A stretch of DNA of 64,000 nt from an uncultured Christensenellaceae bacterium (GTDB lineage Bacteria > Bacillota > Clostridia > Christensenellales > Borkfalkiaceae): NCBI GenBank assembly GCA_910588465.1, contig CAJUOP010000007.1:20462-84461 (forward strand). Reading direction: 5' to 3'. The number at the start of each line of letters is the position of its first letter. Within the stretch, counting starts at the first letter, position 1. The notes under the pieces were generated by a model. The model was not told where the DNA came from. It did no database searches and saw nothing but the letters and a program-made list of their open reading frames with translations. Shown piece after piece: positions 44,770 through 52,366 of this stretch. A program made the position numbers and the translations under genes.

Positions 44770-46692
44770 TTAAAACGATCTTCCGCCGCCTCCGCCGAAG
44801 CCTCCGCCGCCGAAGCCTCCCGAATGACCTCCGCCGAACCCTCCGCCGAAGCCGTGTCCTCCGCTGTTTTTCGAGGGTTTGGAGACCATGGTGCGCCCCA
44901 TATTCGAGCACATGGAGCGGCTGAGCGAATTCCACAGGATACAGCTGAACAGCACGTCGCCCGCGTCGTAACGCGCGTAGGAAGGCGGCTTCATATCCAG
45001 CCCCTTAAACTTCTCCGTCCAGGCGTCCGTCACGCCCAACACCTGCGCATACGGCAGCACTTTGTAGTAAATCTGCGGATTTTCTTTCAGCATAAATTCC
45101 ACCTTATCCCTCTCGGTCATCAGGATAAACTGTTTAAAGCCCAAAACCATGCCAAGCTTTTGCGAATACTCCTCCGTACGGCACTGAAAGAGCCCGCCGA
45201 TAACGCCCGTTGCCGCGGCAAATAATACCGCCGTTAATTTTCCTCCGAAACTAAACAGCGCGCTCGAAAAAATGCAAGGAAACATCCCGATTAAAATTCC
45301 GACAAGCGCCAAGCCCAAGGCGGCAAACACGCTGACCGTGCGTTTCCACTTGTACCAACGCTGCGCCGCCAACACGGAGCCGAGCGCGGCAAACACGTAA
45401 GCGAACAGACAGCCGATACAGGTTACGAAATCGCAGTATCCGGCGGAAACCGTAATAAAAGAATACAAAAAGATAAAACCGCCCAAACAAAGCACGGAGA
45501 GCAGTAAGAACAGAGCGAGAAACGCCGTGCCCTTTCCGCTGTAAAATTTCCCCGCAGCCATCTCCGCATTGCCGCGCACCGCCTCCGCCGTTTTGTAAAA
45601 ACTGCAATTCAAATCGGAAACGCGCACGCTGCTCCTGCCCTTAAACAGTCCCTCGTAAAATATTTTACAGTGCTCGGGCAAATCGTCCCCCGCCTTCTTT
45701 TCGGTCTTGATCAATACGGGATCCTTTTCGCCCTCCGTCATATCGATGGTCAAATAGTCGTTAGAGGCAAGATAAAATACCAGCGACCCGAAATCCTCGC
45801 CGTCTATTTTGTTGTCGATCAGTTTGCCCATCAAAAGCGGGTCCATATCGTCGGGCGCGGTAAGATTGACGGGCTTCACCAGCTGAGGCTGACGGCAAAT
45901 AAACAGCTTGGTTAAAACGGCAAGCGCAACGAGCGCCGCCCCGACGAGCACGACATAAAGCACGGTCAGATCGGGAGCGACGGAAAGCACCCCCGCCGCA
46001 AACCCGAAATCGACGGTAACGCCGCTGTTCTCGATTCCGCCCCCGCCGTCCACCGCAAATTCGAGCGAGGTTTCCGTGCGCTTGCACGCCTCGCCCACGC
46101 CCAGCGAATCCTGCTTGCTCAGCGCCCTGCCCGTATAAAACGCCAGATTTTGCAGTCCTTGCGGGAAATTGATTTTCGCGTGGATCTTTTCCACCCAGTT
46201 CCAACCGAATCCGACGACGTCCAGCGGAAGATACCCCTCCTCTTCCAGCGCGGGCACCGTCATAACATAAGAGAGCATCATTTCGTACGGGACGTGCGCT
46301 TGTAACGGAACACTACGATCACCCAGAGCTACGGACAGAATATTAGAACCGTCCTCCGCCTGCTCGGATTTGACTTTTTGCTTTACTTCGCCGCCGTTGA
46401 GCGATGAACGGAAGTTGCGGTAACGCACGCCGCGCTCGAGGGGCAAATCGAAAATAATGCCGTGCTTGCCGTCCGGAAATTCCACGGTAAGCGTGTTTAC
46501 CACTTCTATTTCGCGGTTTTCGTGCACCGTTATTTCCGCGTCGAACAGCTTTACGGTATAATCCGCCGCCCCGAATGAGTATCCCTCCGCCGAAATGCAA
46601 TCGGGCGGAGTTACCCCCGCCCAAAGCATCAGCGCAAGAAATACTGCCGCTATCAGCAACAGAAATGCTTTCGCTTTTTTTAACGATCTCAT
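44770..46692 (-). CDS. DUF2207-type membrane protein with a Gly-rich C-terminal tail
   Basis: 640 aa. It has a signal peptide, a large extracytoplasmic domain, a TM cluster and a C-terminus GGHGFGGGFGGGHSGGFGGGGFGGGGG. It sits downstream of lemA as usual. The family name is from memory. Confidence 0.75.
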   Translation of the reverse strand: MRSLKKAKAFLLLIAAVFLALMLWAGVTPPDCISAEGYSFGAADYTVKLFDAEITVHENREIEVVNTLTVEFPDGKHGIIFDLPLERGVRYRNFRSSLNGGEVKQKVKSEQAEDGSNILSVALGDRSVPLQAHVPYEMMLSYVMTVPALEEEGYLPLDVVGFGWNWVEKIHAKINFPQGLQNLAFYTGRALSKQDSLGVGEACKRTETSLEFAVDGGGGIENSGVTVDFGFAAGVLSVAPDLTVLYVVLVGAALVALAVLTKLFICRQPQLVKPVNLTAPDDMDPLLMGKLIDNKIDGEDFGSLVFYLASNDYLTIDMTEGEKDPVLIKTEKKAGDDLPEHCKIFYEGLFKGRSSVRVSDLNCSFYKTAEAVRGNAEMAAGKFYSGKGTAFLALFLLLSVLCLGGFIFLYSFITVSAGYCDFVTCIGCLFAYVFAALGSVLAAQRWYKWKRTVSVFAALGLALVGILIGMFPCIFSSALFSFGGKLTAVLFAAATGVIGGLFQCRTEEYSQKLGMVLGFKQFILMTERDKVEFMLKENPQIYYKVLPYAQVLGVTDAWTEKFKGLDMKPPSYARYDAGDVLFSCILWNSLSRSMCSNMGRTMVSKPSKNSGGHGFGGGFGGGHSGGFGGGGFGGGGGRSF

Positions 46693-46703
46693 ACGGATTT
46701 CCC

Positions 46704-47294
46704 TTAAAATCTCACCGCGGGAGCTTTGCGCTCCTCTTCGTCGTCCACTTCGAAATAAGCGCGGATCTCGAGCTTCATTTTACGCGCGATCATGCCCGTA
46801 AAGAAGTAGTCGAGGGAGGTATTGTATTCCTTTACCGTACCGTTATAGTAACGGCGGGCGGAAGCTAGCTCCGTTTCCACCTCGCTCAGCTGAGACTGCA
46901 AACTCATAAAATTGCCGTTCGCCTTTAATTCGGGGTAAGATTCCTTTAACTTAAACAGCGATTTCAGCGTGCCCGTAAGCGCGTTTTCCGCCGCGATCCG
47001 ATCGTCTCCCTTGGCGTTGATCGCCGCGCTGCGCGCCTTGATCACCGCTTCGAGCGTGCCGCTCTCGTGCTTGGCGTAGCCCTTTACCGTCTCGACCAGA
47101 TTGGGGATCAAATCGTAACGCTTTTTTAACTGCACGTCGATGGTAGCCCAGCCTTCGTCCACCAAATTTTTCAGCCGTTTCAGCTTATTGAACGTGGCGA
47201 CGTACCAAATGAACACAATGAGCAGAAGCAGCGCGACCGCTCCCGCAACGATCCCGACGATCGCCCCCGTTCCCAGTAACAGATTGTTGAACAT
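46704..47294 (-). CDS. lemA: LemA family protein
   Basis: 196 aa with an N-terminal TM helix, then FNKLKRLKNLVDEGWATIDVQLKKRYDLIPNLVETVKGYAKHE, the canonical LemA core. Confidence 0.9.
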   Translation of the reverse strand: MFNNLLLGTGAIVGIVAGAVALLLLIVFIWYVATFNKLKRLKNLVDEGWATIDVQLKKRYDLIPNLVETVKGYAKHESGTLEAVIKARSAAINAKGDDRIAAENALTGTLKSLFKLKESYPELKANGNFMSLQSQLSEVETELASARRYYNGTVKEYNTSLDYFFTGMIARKMKLEIRAYFEVDDEEERKAPAVRF

Positions 47295-47375
47295 ATTCTA
47301 TCTCCGTATAATAGATTTTGTAATGTTATTATATCATGCAACCGCCGTAAAATCAACGCTTGCGCTGAAAAAATT

Positions 47376-48230
47376 TTAAATAAGTTTTAAAATATTGCGG
47401 TAAATTTCCGTATCTTCGTTTAAATATGTATCGAAAATAATCTTCATTTTGCCGCTGCCGTGCTTTAACCGCCAGTTCATCGCCGCGCCTACGGCGATTT
47501 CCGCCGCCTCCGCCCGAGGAAAGTTGAACACTCCCGTAGACACGCAGCAAAACGCCACCGACCTTAGCCCCGCCTCTTCGGCAAGGTTCAGACAGGAGGT
47601 ATAACAGGAACGGAGCGCCGCCCTGTCCCTTTCACTCACTTCGCTCCCCACCATAGGACCCGCCGTGTGCAACACGTATTTGCAGGGAAGATTGTAAGCG
47701 AGAGTAAGCTTTGCGTCGCCGCACTCCTCCTCGCAGCCCTGCGCGGAAATGATTTTAGAGCAATCTCCTCTCAGCTGCATTCCCGCATAGGAGTGGATCG
47801 CGTTGTCGATGCAGTTGTGTCCGGGCAAAAAACAGCCGAGCATGGCGCGGTTCGCGGCGTTTACGATCGCGTCCGCGTTCAGGCGGGTGATATCTCCCTG
47901 CCACAGCGAGATCCCGTATTCGTTTGCGGGAAGCTCTTCGGTTTTTACGATCCCGCGTTCCAGCGTCTCCGTCCAGAACAGACGGTCCTGCACCGCCGCG
48001 ATCTCTTCCGGAACGGGCAGCGGAGCGCGCAAGTTCATATATCTGCGCACCAGCGTCCGCTTTTTCTCGTACGGCGCGCTGAACGCCGCGATCATGCCCC
48101 GTTCGCGCAGCAAAAATTTTAACAGCGCGTCGCAGGCTTCCGTTTTTTCCGCCTGCGTACGGTAGGGCTCGGGACGCGGATAGGGCGAAAGCGAAAGGAT
48201 TTTTCGACACTCTTCGAACGAAAGCCCCAT
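47376..48230 (-). CDS. macrodomain protein-ADP-ribose hydrolase (MacroD type with ~100-aa N-terminal extension)
   Basis: The motifs LWQGDITRLNADAIVNAANRAMLG...IDNAIHSYAG...LHTAGP...VFNFP are macrodomain signatures. Confidence 0.85.
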   Translation of the reverse strand: MGLSFEECRKILSLSPYPRPEPYRTQAEKTEACDALLKFLLRERGMIAAFSAPYEKKRTLVRRYMNLRAPLPVPEEIAAVQDRLFWTETLERGIVKTEELPANEYGISLWQGDITRLNADAIVNAANRAMLGCFLPGHNCIDNAIHSYAGMQLRGDCSKIISAQGCEEECGDAKLTLAYNLPCKYVLHTAGPMVGSEVSERDRAALRSCYTSCLNLAEEAGLRSVAFCCVSTGVFNFPRAEAAEIAVGAAMNWRLKHGSGKMKIIFDTYLNEDTEIYRNILKLI

Positions 48231-48232
48231 GG

Positions 48233-50311
48233 TTACTCCGAAACTTTATCCGCGTTGATCTGCCCGCCTGCCAGCAATATCCGCACTTCTTCCGCGGACG
48301 GCGAGCCCGTATAAAGCACCGCGTCCCGCGTTTTCCCCTTGGAAAATACCTTTACCAGAATGCGCCTGTCTCCGCGCTTTAACGCGTCCGTCAAACCCTC
48401 GAGCAGAAGCGTGTCTCCCGCCTTCCATTCGATTTTGTCCGCCACGAGAGGAACGATCCCCGCATTGACGAGCGCGGCGCGCGCCCCCTCGCCGTATTCC
48501 TTACACACGAACACCATACAGCCGAACGCGCGCAGGCAAAGCGCGGTAAGCCCTCCCCGACGGGAAAGGGTCAGCTTGCCCGCCGCCATCGCCCCGCCGT
48601 ATTCGCAGCCCTTTACGGGAGTAAATCCGCCGAGGTCTTTTTTCACGCTCTCCGAAAAACTCTTGTTTTCGCGCTCTGTGCGAACCGCCGCGCCCCGAAC
48701 CGCACACTGTGCGTCGGTCGCCGCCAAAATCTTTTCCGCCGCATTCATGGGCTGAGAACGGTGTGCGAAAAAATCCGCGTCCGACAGCAGGTCGGTCTCG
48801 CTCAGCGCGCCCTTTCCGCATGCGGTCAGCTTTAACAGCAGGTGCTTGGGCAGAGCGGAATATGCGGGATAGCACGGCACGGTCGCAAACGAAATCTCCG
48901 TGTTGCCGTCCGCCTTGCCCGCGCTGCGGAACGCGCCCGCATAAACCGCGGGATCGAATTTGTATTTTTTCAACCGTTTGGCATATTCGCCGTCGAGCGC
49001 GGACGTCACTGCGCCGCCGCTTTTCAAGCTGAACGCGATCGAGCGCGTATCCATACAGTACGCCCCCTCGCCCGGGAAGCAGCCGACGGAAAATCCGCCG
49101 CTCACCGTTGCGGGGATACGGCTTCCCGCGCCCCGTACCTCCGCGCCGAGCAAAGCAAAATCGGCAAGATAGCCGTTTTCGGCAAGCGCCCTCAGCTCCG
49201 CCTGCGAACGGACGGACACGAACGTTTCCGCCCCGCACGCGCCGCCGCGCATGATCTCGGCAAACTCCGCCGCCGCTTCGTAAGAGCCTCCGACGATTGC
49301 CTGCGTCAGATACGCCTTCTTCTGCGCCGTGTTGCGGGAAAGCGCTCCCGACGGGTCCGCGCGCAGCAGAAATTCCGAAGGACGCTCCGCAAACTCCCGC
49401 ACCGTGCATATTTCCGCAAGACGAGGAAATGCGAGCATGGGCTCGATACGCGTCAAGTCCACCATGACGCCCCAATCGTAATAGGCGGGCTGTTTGGGCG
49501 CCAAATGCTTATAAGCCTTCGCCCTGCCCCGTTCCTTGAAAAATTCTTCCGTCCGCTCGTCCGTCTCCCACACGGTGCCGAAGCAGTCCGACTCCGCCAT
49601 GAAAGCATCGACCGTATTGCGCGTATCCATCGACAGATTGGAAAGCCCCGCGCCGAAAAACTCGAACAACTTCCCCTCGGCAAATTTGCCCTGTCTTACC
49701 GTCTGCAACAGCGCGAGCGCGATATCGACGGGACCGACCCCCTTGCGCGGCTTGCCCCGAAGATAAACCGCGACCGTCTGCGGCGGCTCGAACCCGAAAG
49801 GCTTGCCCGCAAGCGCGCACGCCAGCTCTTCGCGCTCCGCACCGACCGCCAACGCCCCCAGAGCGCCGAATCCCGCGCTTTGAAAGCCGAGGTAAACCTG
49901 CCCGCTCTTCGCCGTTAAATCGCGTAAAAATCCGAAATCGGAGCTGAGCGACGCGGGCACGAAGTCCGCCCCGAAACGCTTTGCGCACCGCGATAAAAAT
50001 TCGTTTTCATCCGCGCGCAGGCTGCCCTCTCCGCAGTCCTCCACGCCGCCCAGGGTGAGCGGCAACGCGCAAGTCTCGGCGCCCAGCGCCAGAACCGTCT
50101 GCATCAAAGATACTCCGTCGCGCCCGCCGACAGCGACCGCGTCCGCCTTTAATACGCTTCCGCCCTCTTCCACCGTATGCGCCGAAAGCACGGCATGAGC
50201 AACCGTATTTTTTACCGCCTTTTCCCGCTTGTCGGACGTCATAAACGCTTGCGCCTCTTTCACGAGATGCCCATCCATAAAATAGACGCCCTGACGAATC
50301 AATTTAACCAT
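48233..50311 (-). CDS. aconitase-fold protein lacking Fe-S ligands and catalytic residues (predicted pseudoenzyme)
   Basis: 692 aa, colinear along its whole length with ~640-aa clostridial aconitases. For example, FEFFGAGLSNLSMDTRNTVDAFMAE aligns with IEYGGEGVKTLSVPERATITNMGAE, and the C-terminal swivel domain ends ...AGIVPLVAD..W..GD.L. The signature motifs are replaced as follows: DQTLTQD->DAVAVGG, GSDSHT->GFQSAG, IGSCTN->IVGGSY, CGPCIG->GAGSRIP, SSREHA->SRRGGL. Confidence 0.65.
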   Translation of the reverse strand: MVKLIRQGVYFMDGHLVKEAQAFMTSDKREKAVKNTVAHAVLSAHTVEEGGSVLKADAVAVGGRDGVSLMQTVLALGAETCALPLTLGGVEDCGEGSLRADENEFLSRCAKRFGADFVPASLSSDFGFLRDLTAKSGQVYLGFQSAGFGALGALAVGAEREELACALAGKPFGFEPPQTVAVYLRGKPRKGVGPVDIALALLQTVRQGKFAEGKLFEFFGAGLSNLSMDTRNTVDAFMAESDCFGTVWETDERTEEFFKERGRAKAYKHLAPKQPAYYDWGVMVDLTRIEPMLAFPRLAEICTVREFAERPSEFLLRADPSGALSRNTAQKKAYLTQAIVGGSYEAAAEFAEIMRGGACGAETFVSVRSQAELRALAENGYLADFALLGAEVRGAGSRIPATVSGGFSVGCFPGEGAYCMDTRSIAFSLKSGGAVTSALDGEYAKRLKKYKFDPAVYAGAFRSAGKADGNTEISFATVPCYPAYSALPKHLLLKLTACGKGALSETDLLSDADFFAHRSQPMNAAEKILAATDAQCAVRGAAVRTERENKSFSESVKKDLGGFTPVKGCEYGGAMAAGKLTLSRRGGLTALCLRAFGCMVFVCKEYGEGARAALVNAGIVPLVADKIEWKAGDTLLLEGLTDALKRGDRRILVKVFSKGKTRDAVLYTGSPSAEEVRILLAGGQINADKVSE

Positions 50312-50349
50312 AATTCCCTCGCTCGTAATTTTTTTATACCGTTCGATTT

Positions 50350-50378
50350 ATTATATCGCGTTCGGACGAATATTTCAA
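50350..50378 (-). promoter_or_regulatory. sigma-A promoter of the aconitase-like/macrodomain operon
   Basis: The minus strand reads TTGAAA-17 nt-TATAAT. Confidence 0.6.
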
Positions 50379-50436
50379 GCTAAACCCGCAAAATAAGTGA
50401 AATTCGCATAAAATTTTTTCCGCAAGGAGAAATACC

Positions 50437-50465
50437 TTGCTTTTTTCGGAAATTTGGGCTATAAT
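50437..50465 (+). promoter_or_regulatory. divergent promoter, apparently giving a leaderless mRNA for the 50473 gene
   Basis: The sequence is TTGCTT-17 nt-TATAAT. The ATG at 50473 lies 7 nt after the -10 element, and there is no SD. Confidence 0.45.
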
Positions 50466-50472
50466 TTCAAAC

Positions 50473-50985
50473 ATGAAAGATAAAGAACCGATCATCAAAA
50501 AATATGCGTTTCGTTTTTCCGCCGTTATGCTCGCCGTTCTGATCGCGGGGCTCGTACTTTGCGCGGCGTGCTTTGCCCTCACCACCTGGCAGTTTACGGG
50601 ATTTTTAACGGGCGACGTTTCTTCTTTTTACGAATGGGTCAAATACGCGCTCCTCTACTTTGTGAGCGTGTTCCTCGCCGTGCTCATCACCGCAATGCTC
50701 GTTCGCTCGCAATACGTGCTTACGGAAAAAGAGCTGATTCTGCAATTCGGTTTTTTAAAGACCCGCTACGACGTGAAAAAGATTTTTTCGGTCTGTCTTT
50801 TGAACGGCTCGAAAAAGCTGTGCCTTTACTTCGACGATTTTAAAACCAAATACGCCACCGTGGTTGTGAAAGAGGAATGGTACGACGACTTTATTAAGAC
50901 GCTCACCTCGCTGAACGAACGGATCGAATTCGACTTCTCCACCTACGAGGACGAACAGCAAGGCAAAAAGAACAAGAAAAAATGA
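50473..50985 (+). CDS. membrane protein with two TM helices and a bacterial PH-like C-terminal domain
   Basis: The protein starts MKDKEPIIKKYAFRFSAVMLAVLIAG... and has two hydrophobic helices followed by a soluble domain. The PH-like call is a weak recollection. Confidence 0.55.
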   Translation: MKDKEPIIKKYAFRFSAVMLAVLIAGLVLCAACFALTTWQFTGFLTGDVSSFYEWVKYALLYFVSVFLAVLITAMLVRSQYVLTEKELILQFGFLKTRYDVKKIFSVCLLNGSKKLCLYFDDFKTKYATVVVKEEWYDDFIKTLTSLNERIEFDFSTYEDEQQGKKNKKK

Positions 50986-51011
50986 CTTGAAAATTTCAAG
51001 TCATTTTTTTA
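50982..51011. terminator. bidirectional terminator between convergent genes
   Basis: The sequence is AAAAAATGACTTGA-AAATT-TCAAGTCATTTTTTT. Confidence 0.65.
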
Positions 51012-51012
51012 A

Positions 51013-51804
51013 TTAAAAAGCGTCTTTTTTCGTCTTTTTCCAACGCTTTGCTATAAAATGCAGCTGAACGGAGAGCGGCGCAAGGTCGGTAAAAAATTTG
51101 ATGATTTTATTCCAGAATCCCACAACCTTGGCGCGCTTGTTCTTTTTTACCGCCTTTAACCCCGCGACAGCCACCTGTTCGGGAGATTTTTGGGAAATCT
51201 TTCCCCAGAACCCGTGACCTTCGATATCTTTTTTGATGTCCTCCCGCGTGGGGATCCCTCCCGGAAGAATACAGGTCACCTTCGCCTTCCCTTTCAGCTC
51301 GGTACGGAGCGCGGTGCAAAATTGACAAAGCGCCCTCTTCGTTGCGCTGTAAATCGCAAAATACGGCATGGGACAAATGCCCGACATACTTCCCACGGCA
51401 AGAATTTCCGCTTTCCCGTTAAGGTTGGCACGGGAGAGAAAGGAACGGATAAAGGAAACCGCGCCCTCGAAATTGACGCGCGTCTGAAAAACGAGCTTTT
51501 CCTCCGTGTATTCTTCGAACGCCATTTGGGTATCCACCCCCGCAACGTAAACAAGGCGATGGAAACAAGCCCCCTCTCTATCGGCGAATTCGAAAAAGGC
51601 TTTTCGCGAAAGTCCGTCCGTTAAATCGCAGGCGCGATATTTTATTTTAACTTCGGGATAGTCGGCGGACAACGCTTGCGCAAGTGCGCGCAGACGCTCT
51701 TCGCTCCGCCCCGTTAAAAACAAATTGTCTCCGCGCGAGACGATCTCGCGCACAAACGCGCCACCCAAACCGCCGCAAGCGCCCGTAACCAGCGAATAAC
51801 TCAT
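51013..51804 (-). CDS. SDR family oxidoreductase
   Basis: 263 aa with the N-terminal TGACGGLG cofactor motif and catalytic YSATK. Confidence 0.85.
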   Translation of the reverse strand: MSYSLVTGACGGLGGAFVREIVSRGDNLFLTGRSEERLRALAQALSADYPEVKIKYRACDLTDGLSRKAFFEFADREGACFHRLVYVAGVDTQMAFEEYTEEKLVFQTRVNFEGAVSFIRSFLSRANLNGKAEILAVGSMSGICPMPYFAIYSATKRALCQFCTALRTELKGKAKVTCILPGGIPTREDIKKDIEGHGFWGKISQKSPEQVAVAGLKAVKKNKRAKVVGFWNKIIKFFTDLAPLSVQLHFIAKRWKKTKKDAF

Positions 51805-51896
51805 AACAGTAATTCCTTACAAAAGGATTTCGGACTTTCAGTATATCATAAATTTATGAATTTGAAAAGAAATTTATAAAAACCGTGCAAAAAAAC

Positions 51897-51925
51897 TTGC
51901 GTTTTTTTGAAAAACAAGCTACAAT
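51897..51925 (+). promoter_or_regulatory. promoter of the tRNA-Ser transcription unit
   Basis: The sequence is TTGCGT-17 nt-TACAAT. The predicted start site is near 51932-51936. Confidence 0.5.
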
Positions 51926-51935
51926 AAAACAGCTT

Positions 51936-52024
51936 GCAGAGATGGCGGAGCGGTAAGCACTTCGTGCTTCGGTACGACGAACGCTGCGCGTTCGCCCGCT
52001 CTCATACCTTATTAACAATTACAT
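51936..52024 (+). other. 89-nt structured leader that begins with a 19-nt copy of the tRNA-Ser 5' end (tRNA fragment / scar)
   Basis: GCAGAGATGGCGGAGCGGT at 51936-51954 is identical to 52025-52043. The rest folds as GAGCGG...CCGCTC enclosing the hairpins AAGCAC-TTC-GTGCTT and CGAACGC-TGC-GCGTTCG. There is no T arm and no matching 3' acceptor strand. Confidence 0.4.
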
Positions 52025-52114
52025 GCAGAGATGGCGGAGCGGTCGAACGCGCACGATTCGAAATCGTGTGATGCAGGAATGTATCCAAGGGTTCAAATCC
52101 CTTTCTCTGCGCCA
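52025..52114 (+). tRNA. tRNA-Ser (anticodon CGA), class II with long variable arm, CCA encoded
   Basis: The acceptor stem is GCAGAGA/TCTCTGC and the anticodon arm is CACGA-TTCGAAA-TCGTG. The variable arm is GATGC-AGGAAT-GTATC and the T arm is AAGGG-TTCAAAT-CCCTT. Confidence 0.88.
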
Positions 52115-52119
52115 GTAAG

Positions 52120-52168
52120 AACCTAAATTGAACACCCTATAACGGGTAGTTTGATTTAGGTTTTTTTG
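52120..52168 (+). terminator. terminator-like hairpin after tRNA-Ser
   Basis: The sequence is AACCTAAATTGAAC...GTTTGATTTAGGTT, followed by TTTTTTTG. Confidence 0.5.
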
Positions 52169-52218
52169 TTTGTCTTTTTTTCGTGTTAACATAAAAATGG
52201 CGGTTTATGCCGCGAAAG

Positions 52219-52342
52219 CCGCTTGACATGAGAAAGGCGTGCGGTAGGCTATTTTGCCAACGGCAAACAATAAGCCCCGCAGGGGCGGTGGGTTTGGCTC
52301 TTTGCCTGAATACCGCACGCCTGCGAGGCTCATGTCAAGCGG
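52219..52342. repeat. nested inverted repeat (14 bp + 12 bp arms around a 64-nt core) just 3' of the recombinase gene
   Basis: CCGCTTGACATGAG (52219-52232) pairs with CTCATGTCAAGCGG (52329-52342). AGGCGTGCGGTA (52235-52246) pairs with TACCGCACGCCT (52311-52322). The core contains the mini-hairpins TTGCC-AAC-GGCAA and GCCCC-GCA-GGGGC. Confidence 0.7.
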
Positions 52343-52366
52343 AACGTGGAATAAATAGCCGTTGCG

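Noticed and set aside
51936-52010. A second tRNA gene upstream of tRNA-Ser
   Set aside because: Only the first 19 nt match a tRNA. There is no T arm, no complementary 3' acceptor strand and no valid anticodon arm, so I report it as a fragment or leader.
52120-52168. Treating the similar terminator hairpins at 52120-52168 and 57536-57579 as att direct repeats
   Set aside because: Each hairpin is internally self-complementary rather than hybrid, and the similarity is limited to the loop region. Serine recombinases also do not generate long direct repeats. I mention it only as a weak boundary clue.
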